Shown here: piece after piece, positions 20,546 through 30,789 of the stretch
Layout of the letters: every line of letters begins with the position of its first letter
Numbering within the stretch: the stretch's first letter is position 1
Source of the DNA: Candidatus Latescibacterota bacterium
Lineage (GTDB): Bacteria; Latescibacterota; UBA2968; UBA8231
NCBI GenBank assembly: GCA_965248265.1
Contig: CBDFJF010000002.1
Location: 1,120,001-1,184,000 of the forward strand
DNA: 64,000 nucleotides
Direction of reading: 5' to 3'
Notes under the pieces: model-generated
Seen by the model: only the letters and a program-made list of their open reading frames with translations
Database searches by the model: none
Told to the model about the DNA's origin: nothing
Program-made: the position numbers and the translations under genes

Positions 20546-21661
20546 CTACCCACTCACTTCAGCGGCCCAGGGCAGATCGTAGGAGGGGATATTGACGAAA
20601 CGGTCCATGCCCAGATGCAGCCTGATCCTCGAACACGGCTTCATCGCGACGCGGAAAAAAGAAGCCCCCACGGCGACTTCGTTCTCCTCGACCTCGCCGG
20701 CCATCTCCTCGTCGTAGCGTTCCTCTTCTTGCCAGTTGGTGCCTGAAAAAACGTCGTGACTGCGTCCGCTGGCCAGAGCCTGGTAACGGATGGTCGTGAA
20801 TCGATGTTCGCCGAAGGCGCCGGCCTGCACCACCAGCTCCCGCCGGGTCGCCGCGCTCAGGTTGACCAGTGTCACGACTGCACCATCGGCGTCGATCGAT
20901 TCGACCAGTGCCGCCACGTCCGGCGGCAGTCCCGGTCGCTTGCGGTCCCAGTCGTAGTAACGCAACCGCACCAGCAGCAGGCCGCCGTTGAAGCTGCCCG
21001 CCCATCGTCAGCTGCACCAGCCCCTCGGTGGTGATCGGATTGCGCACCTGCAGGTAGTGGTCGCCGTAGGTCGCCGGATCCTGCTCGTCGTGGGCCATGT
21101 AGGCCAGACGCTGGTAGACCTGACCGTGGTTGTAGTGCAGGATCTGCTCCGGGTAGTCGGGGAACTCGCCCCGCAGATATCCCAGCCAGGTCGCCTCGTG
21201 ACCTCCGCGGTCCTTGCCGCCTTTGACCTGTATCGTCTCCCAGTCTCGCGAGTTCGGGTCGCGCTGGCGCTCGATCCGTTCCATGTCGGCCGCCTCCATC
21301 GAGATAGACCAGACGTGGGCCATGAACCGGGCCTGTAACGGACTGTAGCCGTCCCAGCCCTTGTCGTGGTGGTGATGGGGAACGAACAGGGCCCCGTCCC
21401 GGTCTTCCCCCGTTGGCCATCATCAGGTCGATCTGCGAGCGGGCTAAATCCATGTACTTCTGATCCCGGGAAACCAGCATGGCATTCTCGGCGCCGCTGA
21501 GCACCGCGTCGCCCATGGTGTGCCAGCCGTGCGGCCAGGTCCAACCGTAGTACCCGCCGTACCACCGTCCGCCCAGGTACTCCCCGACCTGGCCTGACAG
21601 GCCCACGTTGTCGGGAAGAATGCCGTCGTTCGCTTCGACCCGGTCCATCCAGGCGCCCACG
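20546..21661 (-). pseudogene. Paralog of the 55853-57877 / 57964-59883 family, 5'-truncated and frameshifted
   Basis: Motifs NDGILPDNVG, WYGGYYGW, RPGLPPDVAALV and VQAGAFGEH are spread over three frames. Confidence 0.85.
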
Positions 21662-21875
21662 GCGCTTAGTGAGGATAAGATAGGTTATCGTTACTAAGTC
21701 AGGCGGCGTTTTTTGCAATTTGCCGCATTTTGCCAGCATTGATGGCGGTTCTTTGTGGGGTGACGGTCGATCGACGAAAGCTGAGGCTTCGAACAGTGTC
21801 CTCGGAGCCGCTCTGAGCGAAACGGGCGTTTTCAGCGACAGATCAGGGCACAGCGGTGACGTTGCTGTGACCGCG
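21662..21875 (+). repeat. oriIS-side end, copy 3 (214 bp)
   Basis: Same sequence. Diverges after ...GACCGCG at the same base as copy 2. Confidence 0.9.
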
Positions 21876-22018
21876 CCGTCGAAGGGGACTTTGTGATGAT
21901 CGGGGTCTGCGCGTCGAGTAGATCTGGCGATTCAAAGGCCTTAAGGTCCTCTGCCGGCAGGGAGTCGTCGGAGTCTTCGGGGACCTCGAAGCGCGTGCTG
22001 TCGCAAGTCAGGCCGGTC

Positions 22019-23071
22019 CTACTCGTTGCCCCAGGGGTAGGACGGGATGCGCAGTGATCGATCGGTGGCGGGCAAGTTCACCCGCGCGCCTGCATTGTTG
22101 CTGGAGAGGTGGATAGCGAAGCCGATCTCGGTAGCCCGGCGGGCGTGATCCACATCGCAGGCTGTGGTACCGCCAGTGCGTACTGCCTGTGCCAGATCAC
22201 TCACTGCGGCTGGACCGGCAGGCCATCCCTCGGGCAGGATTGGCAGCTCCAGCGGGCGTGGTTGCAACTCTGCCCGCCCATCGCCGCTGGTCTCGGTCCA
22301 CAGGTGCGCCTGGCGGGCATCGTTGAGGATCAGCAGCCGCCCGTGTTCGCCCAGTACCTCGAACCCGGCACCGGGGCCGCCCTCCGGTATCGCCACGGCT
22401 ACCGCACCGTTGTCCAGACCGATCTGCGCCCTGCCAGTGGGATCCATGCGACTTCGCGCGTCGGGCGGCTCGTCGGAAACGTCTTGCACGAAGCCGCTCA
22501 CCCACACCGGTTCGGGATCGCCGGCCAGCGCCAGCATGGTGTCGTACCAATGGCAGCCGTGATTAATCAGGTTGGGCAGACCGTAACCGGTAACGCCGGT
22601 AACGGCGCCGATCGCACCATCGGCGATGACCTGGCGCAGGAAGCGGTAGGAGGAGTCCCAGCGTCGATCCAGTCCGAAGGCCAGCGGGACATTGGCGCGC
22701 CGGCATGCCTCCACAATGCGATCGGCCTCCTCCAGACTGGTCGCCAGCGGCTTATCGGAGAGAATGCCCCGCACTCCGGCCGCCAACGCCTGCTCGCATT
22801 GCTCCGCGTGCATCGTCTGGCGGACGGCGATACAGACGATGTCCGGCTGGGCCTCCTGGAGCATTTGTGGGTAGTCATCGTAGCTGGGGATGTCGCCCCA
22901 ACATTCGACGAAGGCCGCCCTGGTTTCCGCTCCCAGATCGAACACCGCGACCATCTCTGTCCCGGTAACCGCAGCAAAAGCGCTGGCCCAGTTGTGGCCG
23001 GCCTGTGGGCGCGTCAACATGCGGTGACAGCCGGAAATCGCTACGCGCAATGGCTTTTCAGTCTGTGTCAT
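22019..23071 (-). CDS. Gfo/Idh/MocA family oxidoreductase
   Basis: Motifs PDIVCI, SDKPLA and HGCHWYD. Confidence 0.85.
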   Translation of the reverse strand: MTQTEKPLRVAISGCHRMLTRPQAGHNWASAFAAVTGTEMVAVFDLGAETRAAFVECWGDIPSYDDYPQMLQEAQPDIVCIAVRQTMHAEQCEQALAAGVRGILSDKPLATSLEEADRIVEACRRANVPLAFGLDRRWDSSYRFLRQVIADGAIGAVTGVTGYGLPNLINHGCHWYDTMLALAGDPEPVWVSGFVQDVSDEPPDARSRMDPTGRAQIGLDNGAVAVAIPEGGPGAGFEVLGEHGRLLILNDARQAHLWTETSGDGRAELQPRPLELPILPEGWPAGPAAVSDLAQAVRTGGTTACDVDHARRATEIGFAIHLSSNNAGARVNLPATDRSLRIPSYPWGNE

Positions 23072-23074
23072 CTG

Positions 23075-24031
23075 CTATGGCCACAGGAACAACACACCCA
23101 TCGCCTGGTCGGGGTGCTCGTAGAGAAAATCAAAGCCCTCCTTGGCCTGTTGCCCGTCGAATCGGTGGGTGATCAGCGGCTCGACCGCGACCTCCCTTGC
23201 GGACAGTGCCGTCATCGCCACCTGCCCGGCCTCGTTGCGGTCCGTGTCCGGCGGGTAGCCACCGATCAGGCGTTTGCCCATCATCTTCGAGGCATCCAGC
23301 GGCAGGGGGGCGTTGTGGTAGATGCCTATCAGTTGCAACAGGCCCCCGGGAGCGAGCATTTCCTGGGCCTGCGCAAACGACTCGATCCCGGCGCGACCGC
23401 CGACGCAGTCTATCACGATGGTGGCCAGGTCGCCGCCGGTGAGGCGCGAGACCGCTTCTACCGGATCTTCCTCGGCGGCGTTTACCACCTCCGGGGCGCC
23501 GACTTCGGCGGCCAATCGACAGCGCAACTCCAGGGCATCGACGGCGATCAGCTGCGCGGGCTGATAACGCCGTGCGCACTGCATCACCAGGTTGCCGACG
23601 ATACCCTGGCCGAGCACGACAACGCGGTCCTGCGGGGTGATCCCGGCAACCCCGGTCCAGCCGACGCTGCTCGTAGTCAGGGGATGGAAAGTGCCCTCTT
23701 CGAGGGAGAGATCGGGATGCAGGGGGACGACCCGCTCGGTGAGGGAGTACTCGGCGTGGGGAGCGCTGGCGACGACGCGATCTCCCGGGGTCACCCGAGT
23801 CACACCTTCGCCCACGAGCTCGACAATTCCCGTCGTAGAGTAGCCCATTGCGCTGGGATCGACCGCCTCTTCCCGCTCGTAGCGGCGCCATAACTCCGAG
23901 CCGCGACTGATCAGGCTGACCTGCGTGCGACTCAGCACCTGGCCCGGACCCGGCTCGGGGATGGGCACCTGCTCCAATACGACGTTGCCAACGCCCTCGT
24001 GCTTGGCCGTCCGCCACATCATCTCAGCCAT
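23075..24031 (-). CDS. Zinc-binding-type (MDR) dehydrogenase
   Basis: Motifs SLISRGSE, GYSTTG, GQGIVG and LITHRF. Confidence 0.85.
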   Translation of the reverse strand: MAEMMWRTAKHEGVGNVVLEQVPIPEPGPGQVLSRTQVSLISRGSELWRRYEREEAVDPSAMGYSTTGIVELVGEGVTRVTPGDRVVASAPHAEYSLTERVVPLHPDLSLEEGTFHPLTTSSVGWTGVAGITPQDRVVVLGQGIVGNLVMQCARRYQPAQLIAVDALELRCRLAAEVGAPEVVNAAEEDPVEAVSRLTGGDLATIVIDCVGGRAGIESFAQAQEMLAPGGLLQLIGIYHNAPLPLDASKMMGKRLIGGYPPDTDRNEAGQVAMTALSAREVAVEPLITHRFDGQQAKEGFDFLYEHPDQAMGVLFLWP

Positions 24032-24057
24032 GGTGGTCCTCCTCTTTCTTTTTTGGC

Positions 24058-24598
24058 TCAGTCCAGCAGGTCCAGCGCCTGCATCGCGGCGCGGATGTAG
24101 CCGAGGGCGAATGCACGGCCCCGGTGACCGTAGGCCGAGTCGCCGATCACCCTCGGCGTGTGGTCCGGGGTGATCACGCCCTGGTAGCCGGCGTCACGGT
24201 AGGCCTTGAGCGCCGCGATCATGTTCACGTCGCCCTCGTCGATGAAAACTTCGTCGAACTTGGGTACGCCCCCTTTTACGTTGCGGAAATGGACGTAGAA
24301 GATCTTGTCCTGGGAGGCGAATCGCTCGATCGCGTCGAGGGTGTCTGCCGGTCCCATTTCCGCCACAGTGCCCTGGCAGAACTCGAGCCCGTTGTTGGGA
24401 CTGGGCACCAGGTCGATCAGTCGTTGCATGGCGTCGTGGCTGGTCAACAGGCGACCGGTCCCGAACAGGCTCTCCACCGGAGGATCATCCTGATGGGCCG
24501 CAAGCTGCACGCCGGCGCGCTCGGCCACGGGCACGATGCGCTTGAGCATGTAGGCCAGCCGCTCCCACATCTGATCGACCGACACCGGCGCGTCTTCA
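24058..24598 (-). pseudogene. Mannonate dehydratase (UxuA family) C-terminal part, 5'-truncated by end copy 4
   Basis: Motifs AHQDDPP, YVHFRNV, PDH and AFALGYI. N-terminus absent. Confidence 0.85.
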
Positions 24599-24812
24599 GC
24601 GCTTAGTGAGGATAAGATAGGTTATCGTTGCTAAGTCAGGCGGCGTTTTTTGCAATTTGCCGCATTTTGCCAGCATTGATGGCGGTTCTTTGTGGGGTGA
24701 CGGTCGATCGACGAAAGCTGAGGCTTCGAACAGTGTCCTCGGAGCCGCTCTAAGCGAAACGGGCGTTTTCAGCGACAGATCAGGGCACAGCGGTGACGTT
24801 GCTGTGACCGCG
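24599..24812 (+). repeat. oriIS-side end, copy 4 (214 bp)
   Basis: Same sequence with two private substitutions. Confidence 0.9.
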
Positions 24813-24820
24813 AATCGATT

Positions 24821-25105
24821 TCAGGCGGCGAAATCCAGTTCAGGTTGGGGGTGGGGGCGTGCGGGTGCGATCGGCGGTGCCCGTGATGGCAGGCCGACGC
24901 CTTCTAGGTAGCGCGCAATGGAGCGGGGCTCGGTAAGGGCCGCAACTCCCTTCATCGGGCCGCCGCAGGCGGGGCATATGGTTACGTCGAATCGAAAAAC
25001 GCGTGCCAATAAGGTCGACCAAGAAAGGCGATGACGGCGTTGGGCGGGCGTCGGCTCAGAACCTCGACCGGGGAGCGCTTGGGGGGCCTGCCTCTCTTCC
25101 TTTGG
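24821..25105 (-). pseudogene. IS91 transposase 3' fragment (~95 codons)
   Basis: PKEERQAPQALPGRGSEP...ELDFAA, nearly identical to the main transposase tail. Confidence 0.9.
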
Positions 25106-25511
25106 GGGGACGGGGTATCGGTGGTTGCCCACAGCAATGGGCGTTGACGGGGATACAACAGTGGATTATGTATGGGACGAAGATAGTCAGGCAGCTAGAG
25201 CAGTGGGAAGCGGGAATCAGTCAAACGTGCGATGCTCTGCGAGCATCTCCGTGATATTCCGATGGGCGCCGGAGGACGAGGTCGCAGTCAGCCTGGACGG
25301 AAACGCACTCGGCTCTCCGGCCATCATCGATGTTGCCGAGAACGACGACGCCCCACCGAGGGTGTCGGAGAACAAGTGGCTGGTCTGGGACCTTAAGCCC
25401 GATCAGATCGCCAAGGGAGCGCACACGATCAAAGTGGTTCTGGTCAATCGAGATTCCAGAATCAAGGTGCCCCTGACCATCGACCATGTCGATCTACACG
25501 TGAGATACTGA
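25106..25511 (+). pseudogene. 3' fragment of a gene paralogous to the C-terminal domain of 43003-44625
   Basis: WLVWDLKP..KG.H.IKVVLVNRD...PLTIDHVDLHVRY resembles WLECQLDP..KRGENRVEV..RD...PLIVDAVQLHVHY. Confidence 0.7.
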
Positions 25512-25558
25512 TAGAACCGTACCCCCTCCATACCGCTCGATCTCCCAGAGGAGCCGCG

Positions 25559-27385
25559 ATGAAATACGCAGGGTGTCTTTCACACAGGGTCTCGCGCCTC
25601 GCCCTTTCCTCGGGGTTGCCGGCGTGCCTGTTGTCGTGGGCTGTCGCTTCATCGGTACCGGCCGAACTTGTCGCCCAACTGGACCCTTCCGTTTCCCACA
25701 AGAAGATCATCTCTTTCCGCGGTCCCACCGCGCGTGGGCTGGCCCTGGACATCGAGAAGATGGAGAGGCTGCTGCCGGGAATCGACGGCGTCGCCATCTA
25801 TCCGTCCACGTATCAGGGCGGGATATCAACCGAAGCCGTCGGGCGCATGTTCCGCAAGGATTGGCATCGGATCGAGCAGTTCGAGGATGCCATCGGCCAC
25901 CTGCAGTCAGTCAAGGCCAGGGCCACGCGCTACAAACACAATTTCCTGCTGGGATACCTCACCCCCGGCGACAGGGCCATAGAAATCCCCGACTGGTTCG
26001 ACGACGAATTCGAGGCCGTCATCAACAACTGGCAAGTGAGTGCCCTGTACTGTAAACGGAGCGGCCTCGACGGTATTCTCTTCGACGACGAGGTCTACTA
26101 CGGCAGGAACCTGTGGTCCTACCGGGGCTCCAAGTACCAGGACACCAAATCAGCTCAGGAGTACGCGGATCAGGCATTCGAGCGCGGGGCACAGATCATG
26201 CGTGCGATCAACCGCGTTTTTCCCGACATCCACATCATTTCACTGCACGGTCCGAGCCAGGCGACCCGCGAGGTCGAGCTGGGCGATCCGGCAGCAGGCT
26301 ACGGCCTGATGGCCGCCTTTTTCGATGGCCTGCTATCTGAGAGCACCGGCGGAGCCAGGATCGTCGACGGGCACGAGTTGGCCTACGGCTACCGGGCGCC
26401 GGTGACGTATGCCAGGGCTCGGCAGGTGATGAAGCAGACAATGCGTGACCTCAGCAGGGTGCCGGAGCAATACGACCGGCACTGCCAGGCTGGATTCGCT
26501 TTCGTAATCGGAGCCTACGGTGAGATCGGCTTCAGCGAGGACCTCGCCACCAACTACTACACTCCAGACGAGCTGACGTGGTCATTGCACCAGGCGCTCA
26601 AGTACAGCGACGAGTATGTGTGGCTGTACCCGCCTCACTGTGACCTGTGGGAAAAATCCGGCAAACCCGGCATCGTCGTCCCCCAGGCCTACAGAGAGGC
26701 GATCACCGCGGCGCGCCAGCAACAGGTTGCGCCGCCGGTGCTGCGCAACTTCGACGCGCACGTCGCCGCCTACCCCGGCAGCGCCAAGCCGCCGCGCAAG
26801 TTCGGGGCGCCGGTACCGGGGTTTCCGCAGGACGACGGACGTGGCGGCCTGGGTACGGTTCTGGGTTATGACGAGGACCAGACCTTCGGGGATCTATGGG
26901 ACGACCACGTCCAGCTCGCGGAGCTGTCACACCACTGGCGATTCCGCATCGATCCGCTCGACGTCGGGGTCGAGGAGGGCTGGCACAGGCCGGATGTCGA
27001 GGAGCGTGACTGGTTCTGGATCACCGATCTGCTCCCGTGGGACAACCACGGCTACCGGACCTACGACGGCCACGGATGGTACCGGCAGACGGTGGTAGTT
27101 CCGGAGCTGGAAAAAGATCGAAAGGTTTTTCTCGCTTTCGGGGCGGTCGCGCACGGCGCGGAGGTGTACGTGAATGGCGCTAGAGCCGGAAGCCACAACA
27201 TGGACGGCTGGGCGTACACCTCCGGGGATCCCTGGAAGCGGCGCTTTCTCATAGACGTGAGCCCTCACCTGCACAAAGGCGCTGCAAACGTCATCACCGT
27301 CCGCGTCGTCGACTACGGACCGTGGGGCGGCGGCATCTGGAAACCGGTCAAGTTGTTAACACCGGTTCCATCACTCCACGAATGA
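25559..27385 (+). CDS. Secreted putative carbohydrate-active protein with a C-terminal GH2-type sugar-binding domain
   Basis: Signal-like N-terminus. C-terminal motifs WRFRIDP, GWYRQ, FGAV...VYVNG and GGIWKPV. Confidence 0.7.
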   Translation: MKYAGCLSHRVSRLALSSGLPACLLSWAVASSVPAELVAQLDPSVSHKKIISFRGPTARGLALDIEKMERLLPGIDGVAIYPSTYQGGISTEAVGRMFRKDWHRIEQFEDAIGHLQSVKARATRYKHNFLLGYLTPGDRAIEIPDWFDDEFEAVINNWQVSALYCKRSGLDGILFDDEVYYGRNLWSYRGSKYQDTKSAQEYADQAFERGAQIMRAINRVFPDIHIISLHGPSQATREVELGDPAAGYGLMAAFFDGLLSESTGGARIVDGHELAYGYRAPVTYARARQVMKQTMRDLSRVPEQYDRHCQAGFAFVIGAYGEIGFSEDLATNYYTPDELTWSLHQALKYSDEYVWLYPPHCDLWEKSGKPGIVVPQAYREAITAARQQQVAPPVLRNFDAHVAAYPGSAKPPRKFGAPVPGFPQDDGRGGLGTVLGYDEDQTFGDLWDDHVQLAELSHHWRFRIDPLDVGVEEGWHRPDVEERDWFWITDLLPWDNHGYRTYDGHGWYRQTVVVPELEKDRKVFLAFGAVAHGAEVYVNGARAGSHNMDGWAYTSGDPWKRRFLIDVSPHLHKGAANVITVRVVDYGPWGGGIWKPVKLLTPVPSLHE

Positions 27386-27570
27386 TTCCCGGATAGCCTG
27401 GATCTGTTGGGTCGTCAGGCCGATCTCGCGCACGTAGGCTTCGACTCCGCCGTACGTGTCTGAGCGTAATCCGCATGGTTTCAGCCGGAGCCAGATAATC
27501 CATGCTCTGCGCCCGCCGCAGGTCGTCCGTGGACCATCCCGGAGGAGGCCCGTCGGTCGAATAGCGCTTG
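27371..27570 (-). pseudogene. Tyrosine-phosphatase C-terminal remnant
   Basis: Manual translation gives PAETMRITL / DTYGGVEAYVREIGLTTQQIQAIRESFVE*, matching the tail of 8687-9445. The 5' limit is approximate. Confidence 0.6.
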
Positions 27571-27652
27571 AACGGGGTTGGTGCCGTCAAAATACCGATG
27601 TTACCATCCCTCCTGGTCCGCTTCATGCACAAGAACAAGGATCCGAGGTGAT

Positions 27653-29092
27653 CTAGGTGTCAGATTCTGACAGCTCGATGTATCTCAATCGGCGCTGGTG
27701 CCTTAAGACATCTTCTCGAAGCGCTTGGGCATCCCACCCGTTCGAACGGGCCAGCTGGTGGAGATCCTCGAGGATGTCTCTGCATGAGTCCTCTCCACTG
27801 AGATCGTTCCACTCGTGCGGATCTTCCTCCAGGTCGAACAGGAGTGGGGGCAGTCCGGGTGCAAACCAGGCTTTCCATCGCCCCCGACGGATCATCCTCA
27901 TCGGCACGCGTGTGCCCTCGCAGGCGTAGTCGGACAGGACAACCCGGTCAGGCCAACCCTCGGATGGATCCTCGAGCAACGACACCAGGGAATGGCCGGG
28001 CAGCTCCTCGAATCCCCGATCCTGTCCGGTGAGCTCCAGGAACGTCGTCATCCAATCGACGGTCGATACCGGGGCCTGGCATTGGGCGCCGGCCTTTGCA
28101 CAGCGCGGAGGCACGACGATCATGGGAACCCGCACGCTGTCCTCGTAGAAATTCAGCTTCGACCAGAAACCGTGCTCTCCCATGTTGTCGCCGTGATCGG
28201 ACAGGTAGACGACCCAGGTGTTGTCTGCGACACCGAGTCGATCGAGGTGAACCACGAGTCTGCCGATCTGTTCGTCCATGCAGGTGATCATGCCGTAGTA
28301 ACACCGGCGCGCAGTCCGCACTTCCTTTTCTGATGCACCATCGCCGGTCAGTCCCTGCCATCGTCTGAGCCCCTCCAGCTGCGCCGGCACCGAGTCTTCG
28401 TAGCTGCGACCATCAGGCGGCGTCCGGGGCAAGGGAATATCTGCTCCGTCATATCTATCGTAGTACTCCTGGCTGACCGCATACCGGAGGTGTGGCAGAT
28501 AGAGGCCGACCATGAGCGCCCACGGACGACCGCTCTCACCCGATGTAAGGAAGGACAGCTCCTGCAATGCAGCCTCGGTGACGGCTTCGTCGAATCGTTG
28601 CACCTTCGTCGGCTCCGCCGTCGGGCCCGCGTTCTTGAGCGCAGAAAGCATGCGGTGGGCATCCTCCTGGGGCTTGTCCCAGTCTGCGTGGCAGTACGGA
28701 GTCGGCTTGTGAGCAAACTCGTCGTGCACCCGCCGCTCGAAACCATGCATCTGGTCGTGGCCGACGAAGTGCATGCGGCCACTGATCGATGTGGTATACC
28801 CTGCGCGGCGAAGGACGTGCGCCCACGTCGGCAGATCCGACCTCAGCGGCGCGCCGAGCTCCCACACCCCGTGCTCGGGAGTCAAGAGGCCGGTCATGAA
28901 GCTGGCACGTGACGGGGTGCACATCGGGTAGCAGCAATAGGCGTTGCGGAATGAGACGCCTGCCGCCATGAGTTGATCCAGGGTAGGCGTCTGCACCGCC
29001 GGATGGCCCATGCCTCCGATCGTTTCCGGAGCATGCTGGTCCGACATGATGATGAGGAAGTTTGGCGTCGAACTGTCGGATCGAGTGGTCAT
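27653..29092 (-). CDS. Sulfatase (choline-sulfatase-like)
   Basis: SDQH, the CTPSRASFMTG formylglycine motif, and SDHGD. Confidence 0.9.
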   Translation of the reverse strand: MTTRSDSSTPNFLIIMSDQHAPETIGGMGHPAVQTPTLDQLMAAGVSFRNAYCCYPMCTPSRASFMTGLLTPEHGVWELGAPLRSDLPTWAHVLRRAGYTTSISGRMHFVGHDQMHGFERRVHDEFAHKPTPYCHADWDKPQEDAHRMLSALKNAGPTAEPTKVQRFDEAVTEAALQELSFLTSGESGRPWALMVGLYLPHLRYAVSQEYYDRYDGADIPLPRTPPDGRSYEDSVPAQLEGLRRWQGLTGDGASEKEVRTARRCYYGMITCMDEQIGRLVVHLDRLGVADNTWVVYLSDHGDNMGEHGFWSKLNFYEDSVRVPMIVVPPRCAKAGAQCQAPVSTVDWMTTFLELTGQDRGFEELPGHSLVSLLEDPSEGWPDRVVLSDYACEGTRVPMRMIRRGRWKAWFAPGLPPLLFDLEEDPHEWNDLSGEDSCRDILEDLHQLARSNGWDAQALREDVLRHQRRLRYIELSESDT

Positions 29093-29170
29093 GCTTCGTG
29101 GTGTTGGCCAAAGGCGATGGCGTGGCCGTCCGGATCGCGCACCGCAAACTCCTTCATATCGTAATCATCC
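29089..29170 (-). pseudogene. Glyoxalase/VOC-family C-terminal remnant
   Basis: Manual translation gives DDYDMKEFAVRDPDGHAIAFGQHHEA*. Confidence 0.6.
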
Positions 29171-29211
29171 TAAATACAAGGGTGGCGATGCCAGTCGCTG
29201 CGGGCTCGACC

Positions 29212-30256
29212 TCAGTGCCCGGCCAGCTCCGTCAACGCCGCGAGTACCTGAATCCGCGCCTCGTCCGCCATTGTCCGGTCCACGTTCTCGTTCAGCCAGT
29301 CAAAGTCGTCGTCTTCGATGTCGTCCCCATGCCCCCCTGCCTCGCAGACACGGGTCGGTAGAGTCTCCAGCAACCGACGGGCGCGCTCCAATTCCGGACC
29401 TGTGATCCCCTGAGCAGAGGCTTCCTGGATCGCCCGGTCCAGCATGGCTAAGTACTCGTAGTCCTGGATCCCTTCCCTCGTCGCCTCGAGGTGTTTGCCC
29501 GCCGTCACCGAGACCTCGTCGAGGAAGATGGGGGTGTAAGGCAACTTGGTAGTCACATATTCGTTCCACGATGACGCGCCGCCCGTGTCGCCGAACGACC
29601 ACACGTGGATGGCCTCCGCCCCGTAACGCCAGCACGTCCACGGCATAAGCCGGCCCATGTACGGATCCTTGGTCCGACCCATCCACGCATTCCAGTACTC
29701 GAGGGCGATCCCCTGATCGCGCTTGTTCCGGAAATAGTTGCGATACGCCTCGCCCTGCTTCAGAAAGGATCCATAGTGGGGACTCAACACATGGCAAGCG
29801 TTGATCATGTCCTGGTTCGCGTCGTCCATGCTGCTGTGGATCACATTCTCCCAGACGCGGATACCCGTGCCGGCCTCGCGGATCGGCTTCGCCCAGGCCA
29901 GGATGCGCGCGTCCGCGTCTGGGTTGGCAGGAGTATCTGCCAGCAGCGCGCGAACTGCTCCGGTGATATTCCCTTGGACCTTATGTGTTCCGCCCAGAAG
30001 GTCACCCACGCCTTCACCGCGGTATTGAATTCCGGTGTCCCCTTGGGCCATGACTCGAAATTCTCGGTCGCGTCTGCGAATACCATGTACTGGGCTGCAT
30101 CCGGCCACCGCTCGATCCAGGCATCGAAGTGGTCGGTGGTGGGTGGCGCCGTCATCGCTCCCGTCTCATCGTGCGTGCCGCGCGGCAGGGCCAGCGGGTG
30201 GGCCCACGGCGAATCGACGCGGTGTTCGCGCAGATGCTCGATGAACGCCGGCAGGT
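29212..30256 (-). pseudogene. DUF4091-like C-terminal domain protein, 5'-truncated by end copy 5 and frameshifted near 29960
   Basis: Motif HLEATREGIQDYEYL. Coding continues in another frame up to the repeat. Confidence 0.7.
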
Positions 30257-30470
30257 GCGCTTAGTGAGGATAAGATAGGTTATCGTTACTAAGTCAGGCG
30301 GCGTTTTTTGCAATTTGCCGCATTTTGCCAGCATTGATGGCGGTTCTTTGTGGGGTGACGGTCGATCGACGAAAGCTGAGGCTACGAACAGTGTCCTCGG
30401 AGCCGCTCTGAGCGAAACGGGCGTTTTCAGCGACAGATCAGGGCACAGCGGTGACGTTGCTGTGACCGCG
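30257..30470 (+). repeat. oriIS-side end, copy 5 (214 bp), followed by a transposase tail to ~30576
   Basis: Same sequence, followed by the antisense of ARYLEGVG...ELDFAA. Confidence 0.9.
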
Positions 30471-30789
30471 AATCGATTTCAGGCGGCGAAATCCAGTTCA
30501 GGTTGGGGGTGGGGGCGTGCGGGTGCGATCGGCGGTGCCCGTGATGGCAGGCCGACGCCTTCCAGGTAGCGCGCAAGCGACTCCAGTGACGGGTCGCAGG
30601 CGTGGTAGACATCGCACTTCGAGCGTATGGCGAGAAGTTCCCCTCGCAAGGTCTGACCTCGAAGCGAACCGGCCCGCCACCTCGGCGAGATCATCGCCGC
30701 CCGGACTCTGGCTGGCGCTCGACCACTTCACCGGCCACGTCGGCAGCTTTCTCACCCAGGCGTAGCCTGCCGCGCGGGCGTCGACAGCG

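Noticed and set aside
22109-23893. Long antisense ORFs (this one, and others such as 31108-32526, 12438-13667, 39810-40943 and 58006-59193)
   Set aside because: They are shadow frames opposite well-supported genes in GC-rich DNA and carry no recognisable motifs.
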